From assembly GCA_964580655.1 (NCBI GenBank), contig CAZOMR010000001.1:1-42457 (forward strand): 42,457 nucleotides of DNA. The letters are read 5' to 3'. This document shows positions 16,117 to 26,016 of the stretch, piece after piece (position 1 is the first letter of the stretch; the number at the start of each line of letters is the position of its first letter). The notes beneath the pieces were generated by a model that saw only the letters and a list, made by a program, of their open reading frames with translations, ran no database searches and was not told where the DNA came from. This stretch comes from an uncultured bacterium. GTDB lineage: Bacteria; RBG-13-61-14; CAZOMR01. The position numbers were made by a program, and so were the translations under genes.

Positions 16117-17241
16117 TTGTTTTCAGCAAAAAAGATCGGGGCCCTGGTTTTTATTTTTTTTGCAGGATTCAGCGCTAATCCTGTATGGGGCCGTTCCGGG
16201 CGGGATGTCAAAATCCGGGTCAAACTTATTGAGCTAAAAGGCCCGGTGATGATCTCCGGGAAAGACCTGGTGATCGCACAGGGTAGAGAGAGGCCCAAAA
16301 ATCTTCGCACTGATTCTTTGTTGCTTGAGCCGGAAGGAACCAGGGTTCGTGTCGGAGACAGGGTCTTTTCGCCACCGATGAAGATTTCCGCGTCCGCGAA
16401 CCTTGCGGCCAAGGGAAGGCCATATCGCGGGGATTTCCTGGTTGCAAGAAATGATGGCCTGGTCCTGGTCAACGAGGTTCTCCTGGAGGAGTATCTCTAC
16501 GGCGTGATCAACAGCGAGATGTCCTCTTCCTGGCCCGTGGATGCCCTGAAGGCCCAGGCTGTGCTTGCGCGGACCTATGCAGTGCTCCGCGAGAGACAGA
16601 GGAAGGATGAGGCCTATGATCTTGACTCCACGGTAAAGGATCAGGTATATCTCGGAGTAGCGAGCGAGGATAAGGCGGCCTGCAATGCCGTGGACGAGAC
16701 TCGCGGCATCATACTCACTTTTCGGGGACAACCGGTGGAGGCTTTATATCACTCTTCATGCGGAGGCCGCACAGAAAGCCCGCATTATGTCTGGGGCGGC
16801 GAGGACAAGCCCTACCAGCGGTCGGTATCATGCGGTTTTTGCGAGGAGGCCACTCATTACTTCTGGCGTTTTCCAGCAGAGGGGAACCTGTCCAGGGCAG
16901 AGCTTGCCCGGCTGATGGGATTGAATGGAGGGATCCAGGCGGTGAGGGTTTCGGAGCGAAGCCCCTCAGGACGGGTGATGAAGGTGCGGTTCCGCACGGA
17001 TCACGGGGATGTATTCTTCTCCGGCCAGGAGCTTAGAAAAAAGCTGGGCTTCGATCAATTGCACAGCAGTGCTTTTGAGGTGAAGGTAGTGGATCATGGG
17101 TTTGTGTTTTTCGGCTCAGGTTCAGGACACGGGGTCGGCATGTGCCAGTGGGGAGCAAAGGGCATGGCCGAGCAGGGATACCATTACGAGGAGATACTGC
17201 TCCATTATTTTCCAGGAACCAGGCTTTCCCGGATCCGGTAG
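16117..17241 (+). CDS. SpoIID/LytB-domain protein (secreted peptidoglycan-remodelling factor)
   Basis: The ORF track starts at 16045. The TTG at 16117 would give MFSAKKIGALVFIFFAGFSANPVWG, a typical signal peptide. SpoIID signature ALYHSSCGGRTE; C-terminal GHGVGMCQWGA. The start is uncertain. Confidence 0.75.
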   Translation: MFSAKKIGALVFIFFAGFSANPVWGRSGRDVKIRVKLIELKGPVMISGKDLVIAQGRERPKNLRTDSLLLEPEGTRVRVGDRVFSPPMKISASANLAAKGRPYRGDFLVARNDGLVLVNEVLLEEYLYGVINSEMSSSWPVDALKAQAVLARTYAVLRERQRKDEAYDLDSTVKDQVYLGVASEDKAACNAVDETRGIILTFRGQPVEALYHSSCGGRTESPHYVWGGEDKPYQRSVSCGFCEEATHYFWRFPAEGNLSRAELARLMGLNGGIQAVRVSERSPSGRVMKVRFRTDHGDVFFSGQELRKKLGFDQLHSSAFEVKVVDHGFVFFGSGSGHGVGMCQWGAKGMAEQGYHYEEILLHYFPGTRLSRIR

Positions 17242-17261
17242 GCTTATGGGGGGACAAGAGA

Positions 17262-18371
17262 ATGGGCAAGGGTGAACTTGAAAAAGAGCTTGAGGCTCTT
17301 AGAGAAGAGAACCATCAGGTTGTCGAGGCCAATCAGAAGTTGAATGAGCGCCTGATAGAACTTTACACGCTTTACAACATCACCAGGAACCTGACTCTGA
17401 CTCTGGACATCAATGAGCTTTTCGAGCGGACCATGGCCTTGATCGGGGATACACTGAACCTGGATGAATACTGCTTGATGATGATTGATGAATTATCAAA
17501 TAAGCTGACAATACGCGCAAGTCACGGCATCTCGGATAGCATCCTTGTCAATGTCAATGTGGCTGTGGGGGAAGGGGTCTCCGGAAGGGTCGCGGCAACT
17601 GGGGAGCCTGTATTGATTCAGGATATCTCCAGGGAGGATGAATTCTTTTACTATCGGGGTAGCAACATCAGGGAGGGGTCCTTCCTCGGGGTGCCGCTGA
17701 GGCTCCGTGATCAGAGGGTGGTCGGCGTGGTCAATGCGCACAAGCCTGAACCCGACCAGTTCTCGGAGAACGACTTGAATCTCTTTAAGGCCGTGGCCGA
17801 GCAAGTCTCGGTATCCCTGGAGAACGCTCTCGCCTACCAGAAGACCAAGGAACTGACCAATCGCGATGAGCTGACCAATTTGTATAACCGGCGCTATTTC
17901 TTTGATCGTTTTGAAAAAGAGGTTGAGCGTGCAAAGCGTTACGAGCGCATTCTTTCAGTCATGATGATTGATATTGACCACTTTAAGAACTACAACGACA
18001 GCTTCGGTCACCTCAAGGGCGATGATCTCCTGGTACAGCTTTCTCGGCTTCTGGAGAGGAATATGCGCAAGGCAGATGTCATCGCACGCTACGGGGGCGA
18101 GGAGTTTCTTGTCATGTTGCCGGAGACAGACAAGGATGCCGCAAGGGTCGCCGCAGAGAAAATCCGCAAGGCGGCCGAGGATCATGATTTTCATCTCGAT
18201 CGGGCTGACCTTGGACAGGGCAAGATAACATTGACAATCGGGATATCAAGCCTTCCGGGTGACGCGCTGGAGGCGCTGGACCTCCTGGACCTTGCGGACA
18301 AGGCGCTTTACTTCGGCAAGGCCCAGGGCAGAAACCGTGTCTGCGCAGAGGTGCCACAGCGCGGCGAGTGA
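17262..18371 (+). CDS. GAF-domain diguanylate cyclase (GGDEF)
   Basis: The track ORF starts at 17142 but overlaps the upstream gene. The ATG at 17262 gives MGKGELEKE. It has a coiled coil, a GAF region, the active site RYGGEEFLVMLP, and an RxxD I-site (RKAD) 5 residues upstream. Confidence 0.85.
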   Translation: MGKGELEKELEALREENHQVVEANQKLNERLIELYTLYNITRNLTLTLDINELFERTMALIGDTLNLDEYCLMMIDELSNKLTIRASHGISDSILVNVNVAVGEGVSGRVAATGEPVLIQDISREDEFFYYRGSNIREGSFLGVPLRLRDQRVVGVVNAHKPEPDQFSENDLNLFKAVAEQVSVSLENALAYQKTKELTNRDELTNLYNRRYFFDRFEKEVERAKRYERILSVMMIDIDHFKNYNDSFGHLKGDDLLVQLSRLLERNMRKADVIARYGGEEFLVMLPETDKDAARVAAEKIRKAAEDHDFHLDRADLGQGKITLTIGISSLPGDALEALDLLDLADKALYFGKAQGRNRVCAEVPQRGE

Positions 18372-18378
18372 ATGGAAC

Positions 18379-19467
18379 ATGAAGATAGAGGAGTTTGATT
18401 ATCCGCTTTCCAGTGAAAGGATTGCTCAATGGCCACTCAAGGAGCGGGATGCTTCCCGGCTTCTCGTGGTTGAGCGTGAAAGCGGGAACCTCAATGATGC
18501 GCTTTTCCAGGACCTTCCGGAGTATCTTTATCCGTCTGATCTGGTGGTGGTCAATAACTGCCGTGTTATCCCGGGCCGCCTTCAAGGTAGAAGAAAAACA
18601 GGCGGCCGGGTGGAGATGACTCTGCTTCAGCCATGCGCAAATGGCAACCGGGAGTGGGAGTGCCTTCTGCGGGGTAGCAAACCGCGAAAAGGAGAGCGCA
18701 TAACACTGGGCCAGTCCCTGGAGGCGGAATTTATCGAGCCCCTCCCATTTGACCTCGCGGATGAGAACAGCCACAGGGGCGGCAGGTGGCAGGTCAAGCT
18801 TTTCGGAACAGAGGACATCGAGGACGCGCTGGAGAAGGATGGCCTGACCCCGCTTCCGCCTTATATTCGGCGGAGTGGGGATGAGGAGGATGTGGATCTG
18901 GATAGAGAGAGGTATCAGACTATTTTCGCCCGTCATTGGGGTGCCGCGGCCGCACCAACCGCAGGCCTACATTTTACCGAGAGGATGCTTGCGAGGCTCC
19001 GGGCGAGAGGTGTCAAAGTGGTTGAGATAACATTGTGGGTAAGCTATGGCACATTTGCTCCGGTGCGGGTCAAGGATATTGAGAAGCACAGGATGCACCG
19101 GGAGAGGTTTGCAATTAGCAAGGAATCTGCCCAAGCCATTAATCGGACGCTAAATAGACGCGGCAGGATAGTTGCGGTAGGAACCACGGTAGCGAGAGCC
19201 CTTGAGCACAGCGCTTTTGAAGGGGCTGGAGGAGACGAGGGAGGACTGGTTCATCCCGGTGAGGGCGAGACCGCGCTTTTCATTTATCCCGGGTTTCGCT
19301 TTCGGGTGGTTGATGCTATGGTTACTAATTTTCACCTTCCCCGGTCCACATTGCTCATGCTTGTTATGGCTTTTGCAGGAAAGGACTTGATCAGGGAGGC
19401 TTACGAGAATGCCATTGATAAAGGATACAGGTTTCTCAGCTATGGCGATGCGATGTTGATAATATGA
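18379..19467 (+). CDS. queA: S-adenosylmethionine:tRNA ribosyltransferase-isomerase
   Basis: The in-frame ATG at 18379 gives MKIEEFDYPLSSERIAQWPLKERDASRLLV, a typical QueA N-terminus. It lies immediately upstream of tgt. Confidence 0.9.
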   Translation: MKIEEFDYPLSSERIAQWPLKERDASRLLVVERESGNLNDALFQDLPEYLYPSDLVVVNNCRVIPGRLQGRRKTGGRVEMTLLQPCANGNREWECLLRGSKPRKGERITLGQSLEAEFIEPLPFDLADENSHRGGRWQVKLFGTEDIEDALEKDGLTPLPPYIRRSGDEEDVDLDRERYQTIFARHWGAAAAPTAGLHFTERMLARLRARGVKVVEITLWVSYGTFAPVRVKDIEKHRMHRERFAISKESAQAINRTLNRRGRIVAVGTTVARALEHSAFEGAGGDEGGLVHPGEGETALFIYPGFRFRVVDAMVTNFHLPRSTLLMLVMAFAGKDLIREAYENAIDKGYRFLSYGDAMLII

Positions 19468-19504
19468 AGTCACGGCGGTTTATATGTCCGAAGGATATGG
19501 ATGA

Positions 19505-20659
19505 ATGGTAAAGGGCTTCAGGTTCCAGGTGCTGAGCCATGACCGGGAGGCCAGGTGTGGATTGCTCCGGACTCCGCACGGGGACATCGAGACGCCCGCG
19601 TTCATGCCGGTGGGAACTCAAGGAACAGTCAAGGCGCTGGTGCGTGAGGACCTGGAGGCCATGGGGTCTCAGGTTCTTCTTGTCAACGCGTATCATCTTT
19701 ACTTAAGGCCCGGAGCAGATGTGGTGAGGAGGATGGGCGGGATTCACCGGTTCATGAACTGGAACAGGCCTGTGCTTTCGGACTCAGGCGGGTTCCAGGT
19801 TTACAGTCTGGCCAGGCTCTGCCGTGTCTGGGAGGAAGGTGTTGAGTTTCAATCGCATCTGGATGGGTCCAGGCACTTTTTCAGCCCTGAAAAGGTTGTT
19901 GAGATTCAAGAGGCCCTTTCTGCTGACATCATCATGCCACTGGATGAATGCCTGGCCATTCCTGCAGGCAGGGAGGCACTTGGCAGGGCAGTGACCCGTA
20001 CCCTCTCATGGGCCAGGCGGTCCAAGCTCGCGCATACCCGTGAGGATCAGGCTCTTTTCGGCATTGTGCAGGGAGGCCTGGACATGGAGTTGCGAAGGCA
20101 ATGCCTGGAAGAGCTTCTGGAAATCGGGTTTGACGGGTATGCGCTCGGCGGCTTGAGCGTTGGCGAGTCTAAACCCGAGCGCGAAGAATTGATCCGGGCT
20201 TGCGCGCCGCTCCTGCCCAGGGATATGCCGCGGTATGTGATGGGAGTGGGCCTGCCGGAGGACCTGGTGGCCGCGGTCCGTGAAGGTATAGACCTTTTTG
20301 ACTGCGTGATTCCCACCCGGAACGCGCGAAACGGCCAGCTTTTTACCAGTAAGGGCAAGATCATGATAAAGCATGCGCAGTATGCGGATGATCCGCGACC
20401 AGTGGATGAGAATTGCGCCTGCCCGGTCTGTCAGAACTACTCGCGCGCATATCTTCGACATCTATATTCTGCGGGAGAGATTCTGTCCTTCCGCCTTAAC
20501 ACCATGCACAACCTCTATTATTTTCATGAGCTGATGCGCAGAATGCGGGATGCGATTTCAAGGGAAAAATTCTCGGAATTTGAAAACAGGTTTTTCCAGG
20601 AACAGGCTCTGGCCAGCTCGGAAACCAGGCCGGGACAGAGCGAAAGGAAAGGGGAATAG
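19505..20659 (+). CDS. tgt: tRNA-guanine transglycosylase (queuine tRNA-ribosyltransferase)
   Basis: 384-aa ORF. ARCGLLRTPHGDIETPAFMPVGTQGTVKAL; zinc site CACPVCQNYSRAYLRHL. Confidence 0.93.
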   Translation: MVKGFRFQVLSHDREARCGLLRTPHGDIETPAFMPVGTQGTVKALVREDLEAMGSQVLLVNAYHLYLRPGADVVRRMGGIHRFMNWNRPVLSDSGGFQVYSLARLCRVWEEGVEFQSHLDGSRHFFSPEKVVEIQEALSADIIMPLDECLAIPAGREALGRAVTRTLSWARRSKLAHTREDQALFGIVQGGLDMELRRQCLEELLEIGFDGYALGGLSVGESKPEREELIRACAPLLPRDMPRYVMGVGLPEDLVAAVREGIDLFDCVIPTRNARNGQLFTSKGKIMIKHAQYADDPRPVDENCACPVCQNYSRAYLRHLYSAGEILSFRLNTMHNLYYFHELMRRMRDAISREKFSEFENRFFQEQALASSETRPGQSERKGE

Positions 20660-20665
20660 GCAGGC

Positions 20666-21022
20666 ATGAGTTATTTAACCTGGACGCTTTTCGCAATGAT
20701 GCAACCCTCGGAGGAGGGAGGTGGAGGTGGACTGCTTTCTCTGGCATTTCCCATCATCCTGATTTTTGTTCTATACTATTTCCTGCTTCACCTTCCTCAA
20801 AAGAAGAAACAACAGGAGCGGCAGAAGATGATAGATGCAATGAAGAGGGGAGACGAGGTGATCACCACCGGCGGGATATACGGCAAGGTGGCAGGTGTGA
20901 CGGACAAGGTGGTGACGGTTGAGATCGCGCCCAAGGTCAAGGTGCGCGTGGCAAAAGCGCAGATAACGGGCATCACATCAAAAGGGAGCGAAGAGGAGAA
21001 GGGCAAGGAATCTAAATCATGA
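20666..21022 (+). CDS. yajC: preprotein translocase subunit YajC
   Basis: 118-aa ORF with a single TM helix and GDEVITTGGIYGKVAGV. Classic tgt-yajC-secDF synteny. Confidence 0.88.
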   Translation: MSYLTWTLFAMMQPSEEGGGGGLLSLAFPIILIFVLYYFLLHLPQKKKQQERQKMIDAMKRGDEVITTGGIYGKVAGVTDKVVTVEIAPKVKVRVAKAQITGITSKGSEEEKGKESKS

Positions 21023-21059
21023 GGCTCAATGATAAAAATCTGACAGGGGAAATGTGGGG

Positions 21060-22742
21060 ATGAATACAAGCTTAAGGTGGCGTATCATTCTTGTGGTCGG
21101 CCTTGTAGTCATTGCAGGGGTGGTCTTGGTTCCCTCCTTGATGTGGGACTACAATACTAGCCAGAGCCGCCTGCCAGTATGGTGGCAGAAATCTTTTCTG
21201 CCTAAGAGCGCACTGGTGATGGGACTTGATCTTCAGGGCGGCATGCACCTGGTGGTGAGCGTAAAGACCGAAGAGGCGGTCGAAAACGAGCTCTTGAGGA
21301 TGAAAGGCGAGCTTGGCGATTATTTGCGCAAGGAAAAAATTCCCTTCACCAAGGTGATACTTACCGAGGATCAGCACCTCAAGATCACATTTCCAGATCG
21401 GCAGGCTATGGAGGACGGGACATATTACATAAAAAGGAATTGGAGGATACTCCTGCCAACAGTGGCCGAGGAGACACTGAGTCCGGAATACGAGCTTGCT
21501 GAAAGCGAGATCAATTCTTACCGGAACAATGCGGTTACTCAGGTTCTCCAGACCCTGACCAGCCGGATAGATGAGTTCGGCGTGACAGAACCCAGTGTCC
21601 AGCGGCAAGGCAGGGAAAGGATAGTTCTACAATTACCAGGCATCAAGGAGGATGACCGGGAGAGGGTGATAAATATTATCAAGCGTACGGCCAAACTGGA
21701 ATTCCTCCTGGTTGAAGATATGGGGCCATCCTCTGAAGCCATTTTGAACCGGGCCAAATATGGGGGGAATGTTCCTTTAGGCATGAGGCTGGCTCCGGAG
21801 GTGGATAATGAAGGGAACACGGTGCGCTGGTATCTTCTAAAAGAGGAGCCGAAGATTACCGGGGACTATCTCGTGGACGCAAGGGTAGGATTCTCAGGGG
21901 ATGCACTGGGCGGGGCTGTCGTGGATTTTCAGTTTAACCTCAGAGGAGCGCAAATCTTCTCCAAGATAACAGGGAACAATATCGGCGAGAATCTGGCCAT
22001 CGTGCTCGAGGGAAAGGTGCGCTCGGCCCCGGTGATCCGGGCGCGGATTTACGAGCGGGGACAGGTCGAGGGGAATTTCACTACGGATGAGGCGAATGAT
22101 CTTGCTATTGTGCTTAGGGCGGGAGCGCTTCCGGTGAGCATCGAGATAGAGGAGGAGCGCACTGTTGGTCCGACCCTTGGCCATGACCTGATAGCCAAGG
22201 GCAGGCGCGCGGTGCTCATCGGCCTGGCCGTGGTAGTGGTATTTATGCTGGCCTATTACAATTTGGCCGGAGCGATTGCCACGCTCTCGCTATTGGTGAC
22301 CATAATTTTCCTGATGGCCGCACTGGCAGGCCTTCATGCCACCTTGACCCTTCCAGGGGTTGCCGGGATAGCCCTGACCGTGGGCATGGCCGTGGACGCG
22401 AACATTATTATATTCGAGCGCATACGGGAGGAGTTGCGCACGGGCAAGACCCCGCGGGCTTCCGTGGATGCAGGGTATGCACGCTCGACCTGGACAATCC
22501 TTGATGCGAATATTACGACCCTGATCGCGGCCGCGATCTTATTTCAGGTGGGCACAGGCCCGATCCGAGGGTTTGCTGTGACTTTGATTCTCGGGGTTGC
22601 CTCCAGCGTGTTTACCGCGCTGGTGTTGACAAGGATGATCTATGACATGATTCTTTTCCGGAATCGCAGGATTAAGGACCTTCACATAGGAATCCCGGTT
22701 CTCCGGAGCACTGCGAAGGGTGAAAAGGTTGAAAGAGCATAA
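21060..22742 (+). CDS. secD: protein translocase subunit SecD
   Basis: The ORF track starts at GTG 21054; the ATG at 21060 gives MNTSLRWRIILVV. MGLDLQGGMHLV, a large periplasmic domain and C-terminal TM helices. Confidence 0.92.
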   Translation: MNTSLRWRIILVVGLVVIAGVVLVPSLMWDYNTSQSRLPVWWQKSFLPKSALVMGLDLQGGMHLVVSVKTEEAVENELLRMKGELGDYLRKEKIPFTKVILTEDQHLKITFPDRQAMEDGTYYIKRNWRILLPTVAEETLSPEYELAESEINSYRNNAVTQVLQTLTSRIDEFGVTEPSVQRQGRERIVLQLPGIKEDDRERVINIIKRTAKLEFLLVEDMGPSSEAILNRAKYGGNVPLGMRLAPEVDNEGNTVRWYLLKEEPKITGDYLVDARVGFSGDALGGAVVDFQFNLRGAQIFSKITGNNIGENLAIVLEGKVRSAPVIRARIYERGQVEGNFTTDEANDLAIVLRAGALPVSIEIEEERTVGPTLGHDLIAKGRRAVLIGLAVVVVFMLAYYNLAGAIATLSLLVTIIFLMAALAGLHATLTLPGVAGIALTVGMAVDANIIIFERIREELRTGKTPRASVDAGYARSTWTILDANITTLIAAAILFQVGTGPIRGFAVTLILGVASSVFTALVLTRMIYDMILFRNRRIKDLHIGIPVLRSTAKGEKVERA

Positions 22743-22791
22743 GCCGCAGGATGCTGGCGCTATGGCGGATAGGGGGTAAGGAAAAAACAGG

Positions 22792-23763
22792 ATGGAATTT
22801 TTAAAACCGGGAATTCGACTGGACCTGATTGGAAAGAGAATCTACGCGGTAATAGCATCCGTGATCGTGTTTGGACTCAGCATCGGGTCTTTCATCTGGC
22901 CGGGACCTAACTGGGGCATTGATTTCGTGGGAGGCACCGAGATACAGGTCCGATTCGATAAGGAGATCAAGGTAGGTGAACTGCGATCCGAGATTAATTC
23001 CCTGGGACTTGGCGATGTCCAGATTCAGAGACTGGGAGATGTTGGCGAGGCCGCTCAAGGAGAACCTGATTTTCTGATCCGGGTGGAGAGACTGGAGGCT
23101 GAAGAAGAAGCCGAGGACATCCCTCAGAAGCGGGTTTCTTCGATGATAGAGGAAAAGCTCGATGAGATAGTCGGGGATGGCAAGTATTTGATTCTCCAGG
23201 TAAACTATGTAGGCCCGCGAGTTGGAGAGGAGCTTAAATCACGCGGGATTCAGGCGATTATCTATGCAATCATAGGGATTCTTATTTATGTCGCGGTCCG
23301 GTTTGAGTTCCGCTTTTCCTTGGGCGCGGTCACGGCCCTGACGCACGATGCGATCATAGCCATCGGAGTGTTCGTTGCTATTAACAAGGAGTTCAATCTG
23401 CCGATAATTGCGGCGCTTCTGGCTATCATCGGATACTCGGTCAATGATACAATTGTCATCTTCGACAGGATACGCGAGAATATGCGAAGGCTCAAAAGAC
23501 TGCCTTTCATCGAGATGGTCAATGTCAGCGTAAATGAGACCCTGAGTCGCACCCTGCTTACCTCGCTCACCACCCTTCTCGCAGTGGTCTCACTTTATAT
23601 TCTCGGAGGCGGGGTCATCCGGGATTTCTCTCTCATAATGTTCGTAGGCATCACCATCGGGACTTACTCCTCTATCTATGTGGCCTCGTCCATGGTTGTC
23701 TTCTGGGAAGAATTCCGGGCGCGCAGGCGCACAACTACCCCTCCGATCCCGAAACGGGGTTGA
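22792..23763 (+). CDS. secF: protein translocase subunit SecF
   Basis: 323-aa ORF. GIDFVGGTEIQV and a six-TM C-terminal region (YSVNDTIVIFDRIRE). Confidence 0.92.
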   Translation: MEFLKPGIRLDLIGKRIYAVIASVIVFGLSIGSFIWPGPNWGIDFVGGTEIQVRFDKEIKVGELRSEINSLGLGDVQIQRLGDVGEAAQGEPDFLIRVERLEAEEEAEDIPQKRVSSMIEEKLDEIVGDGKYLILQVNYVGPRVGEELKSRGIQAIIYAIIGILIYVAVRFEFRFSLGAVTALTHDAIIAIGVFVAINKEFNLPIIAALLAIIGYSVNDTIVIFDRIRENMRRLKRLPFIEMVNVSVNETLSRTLLTSLTTLLAVVSLYILGGGVIRDFSLIMFVGITIGTYSSIYVASSMVVFWEEFRARRRTTTPPIPKRG

Positions 23764-23764
23764 A

Positions 23765-24280
23765 ATGGCCGCACTTGAGATCGCAGGCCTTGTCATCTTT
23801 TTTCTGATCATCGCCGCGGGCATGATCATGATTCTGTTCAGCCTGCCAGGGTGCTGGATCATACTCGCGGATGCCATTATATATGGCCTCATTACCAGGT
23901 TCCAGGAAGTGAACTTGTGGGTGCTCCTTCTTTTGCTTTTTGTGGCCACTGCGGCTGAAGGGCTAGAATTTCTAGCTGGAGTCTACGGGACAAAGTATTA
24001 CGGTGCATCGCGAAGGGGAATAATCGGTGCCATAATAGGCGCCATCCTCGGAGCCATCCTGATGAGCCCGCTCCTTTTCCTTATCGGCGCGGTAATCGGC
24101 GCTTTCATAGGCGCGTTCCTCGGGGCATCCATCGTTGAATACTTGAATGACCGAAATTACAAGCGCGCAATTCGGGCAGGCATGGGCGCTTTTCTCGGCA
24201 AACTAGGCGGAATCCTGGCAAAGGAGATAGCCGCGGTGGCAATGCTGGGAATTCTTATTTATTTCATTTTTCAAAGCTGA
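23765..24280 (+). CDS. DUF456-like small integral membrane protein
   Basis: The in-frame ATG at 23765 gives MAALEIAGLVIFFLII, 2 nt after the secF stop. The protein is very hydrophobic and Gly/Ala/Ile-rich (GAIIGAILGAILMSPLLFLIGAVIGAFIGAFLGA). Confidence 0.65.
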   Translation: MAALEIAGLVIFFLIIAAGMIMILFSLPGCWIILADAIIYGLITRFQEVNLWVLLLLLFVATAAEGLEFLAGVYGTKYYGASRRGIIGAIIGAILGAILMSPLLFLIGAVIGAFIGAFLGASIVEYLNDRNYKRAIRAGMGAFLGKLGGILAKEIAAVAMLGILIYFIFQS

Positions 24281-26016
24281 TGCCGAAAAAGTGGGAGATC
24301 AAGCGGCAGGATCGTGGCAAAGTTGAAGCCCTGGCCAGAACGCTTGATCTCTCTCCGGTTACCACATGGATCCTGCTCAACCGCGGGATCGAAAATCCCG
24401 AATTAGCCAGACAGTTCCTCTGTCCGTCCCTGGAACAGCTTCGGCCAGAGATCAGCTTGAAGGACCTTGATGTCGCCGTGGCACGCCTGGTGAGCGCTAT
24501 CCAGGAGGGACAATGCATCGGCGTCCATGGCGATTACGATGTTGATGGAATAGCAGGCGCCGCAGTACTGGCCCGGTTTTTCAAGGACATGGGAATGAAA
24601 ACGGTCATTCACCTCCCACATCGCTCGCGTGAAGGATACGGAATGAAGCCGGCCGGCGTGGACGCACTTGTTGCAAAAGGCGCAGACCTGATTCTTGCAG
24701 TGGACTGCGGAATTACGGATCATGAGGCCGTGGCCAGGGCTCGTGAACTGGGGCTGGATGTTATAGTGGTGGATCATCACCAGGTCCCGGAAACACTTCC
24801 AGATGCTTATGCCGTTATTGACCCGCTGAGGATGGATTGTGAATTCAGCTTTCCGGAAGTCTCCGCAACCGGATTGGCTTATTATCTCTTGATAGCTCTC
24901 CGGGCCAGCCTGAGAGACCAGGGCTTTTTCAACAAGGCAAAAGGACCTGCAAGGCGCGCTGAGCCCAATCTGCGCGAATATCTGGACATGGTCGCGCTGG
25001 GAACAATAGCCGATGTGGTCCCGCTGAAAGGCGCCAACCGGGTGCTGGTGCAATTCGGGTTGAAGGAGTTGGATGCAGGGACTCTCCCCGGGGTGAAGAT
25101 GCTCAAGAAGGTGGCTGGTATAGGGGAACGAAGGTTGACTTACGGCATGGTGGCCTTTTATCTGGCTCCCCGGATAAATGCCGCGGGCCGGATGAACAAT
25201 GCTGAGACAGGCCTGAATTTGCTCTTGACCCGCGATCTTCGCGAGGCCCGCATCCTGGCCGAGGATTTGGATAAAAAGAATTCCATCAGACAGCGCGTGG
25301 AAGAGCGGATACTCAAGGAGGCTGTGGAGAAGATCGAGGCTGAAGAGAACTGGCAAAGCCGCCGGTCCATTGTGGTAGGAGGCCAGGGCTGGCATCCCGG
25401 GGTGATCGGGATTGTAGCTTCGCGCCTTGTGGAGAGGTATACAAGGCCGGCCGCGGTGATAAGTTTCTCGGAAGGTGTGGGCAAAGGCTCTTTGCGCAGT
25501 ATTCCCGGGCTTCACCTTTACGATGCATTAACAGCCTGTCACGATCATCTGATTCAATATGGCGGACACAAACAAGCGGCAGGGATAATCATCGCTGAAG
25601 ACTGTTTTGAGGATTTTTGCAAGGGCTTCGAGAACGCTGTGGCCGAGCGGACCCAGGCACAGGATTTCGAGGAAAGACTCTTTGCGGACGCGGAGTGGGA
25701 CATTGGCCGGGTGAATCGGGATTTGGTGGGGGAGTTGGAACTGCTGGCCCCTTTCGGACCCGGGAATCCCGAGCCGTGCCTGGTGGCCCGCGGGGTGAAG
25801 GTAGTGCATTCGCGGCTGGCAAAGGGCAAGCATGTGATTCTTGTCCTGGAGGAGAAGGGGGAGACCAGAGATGCGATTGCCTTCCGGATGGCCGAGCATC
25901 TTCCGGAAAGGGGAGAATTCCTTGATATAGCTTACACGCCTGAACTGGACTATTACCAGGGCCAGGAGAGAATTCGGCTCCGGATCAAGGACCTTCACCG
26001 CCTGGGGGCAGGATGA
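24280..26016 (+). CDS. recJ: single-stranded-DNA-specific exonuclease RecJ
   Basis: 578-aa ORF. DHH-family motifs HGDYDVDG, VDCG and VVDHHQ, followed by a DHHA1 region. The start shares 1 nt with the upstream stop. Confidence 0.92.
   Translation: MPKKWEIKRQDRGKVEALARTLDLSPVTTWILLNRGIENPELARQFLCPSLEQLRPEISLKDLDVAVARLVSAIQEGQCIGVHGDYDVDGIAGAAVLARFFKDMGMKTVIHLPHRSREGYGMKPAGVDALVAKGADLILAVDCGITDHEAVARARELGLDVIVVDHHQVPETLPDAYAVIDPLRMDCEFSFPEVSATGLAYYLLIALRASLRDQGFFNKAKGPARRAEPNLREYLDMVALGTIADVVPLKGANRVLVQFGLKELDAGTLPGVKMLKKVAGIGERRLTYGMVAFYLAPRINAAGRMNNAETGLNLLLTRDLREARILAEDLDKKNSIRQRVEERILKEAVEKIEAEENWQSRRSIVVGGQGWHPGVIGIVASRLVERYTRPAAVISFSEGVGKGSLRSIPGLHLYDALTACHDHLIQYGGHKQAAGIIIAEDCFEDFCKGFENAVAERTQAQDFEERLFADAEWDIGRVNRDLVGELELLAPFGPGNPEPCLVARGVKVVHSRLAKGKHVILVLEEKGETRDAIAFRMAEHLPERGEFLDIAYTPELDYYQGQERIRLRIKDLHRLGAG

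Noticed and set aside
16117-17241. The SpoIID-domain gene as a sign of endospore formation
   Set aside because: SpoIID/LytB-domain proteins are common in non-sporulating Gram-negative bacteria. No other sporulation genes are present, and the context (secDF, Tat signal, sigma54) fits a diderm.
18112-18936. 274-aa minus-strand ORF across the GGDEF/queA junction
   Set aside because: It is antisense to two well-supported plus-strand genes. The product is Pro/Arg/Leu-rich and low in complexity, with no start-site support.
24403-25515. 370-aa minus-strand ORF, the longest antisense ORF in the track
   Set aside because: It lies entirely antisense to recJ, whose plus-strand product has clear DHH-family motifs. 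The antisense translation is His/Gln/Pro/Ser-rich and has no recognisable motif or RBS. It is a typical shadow ORF.
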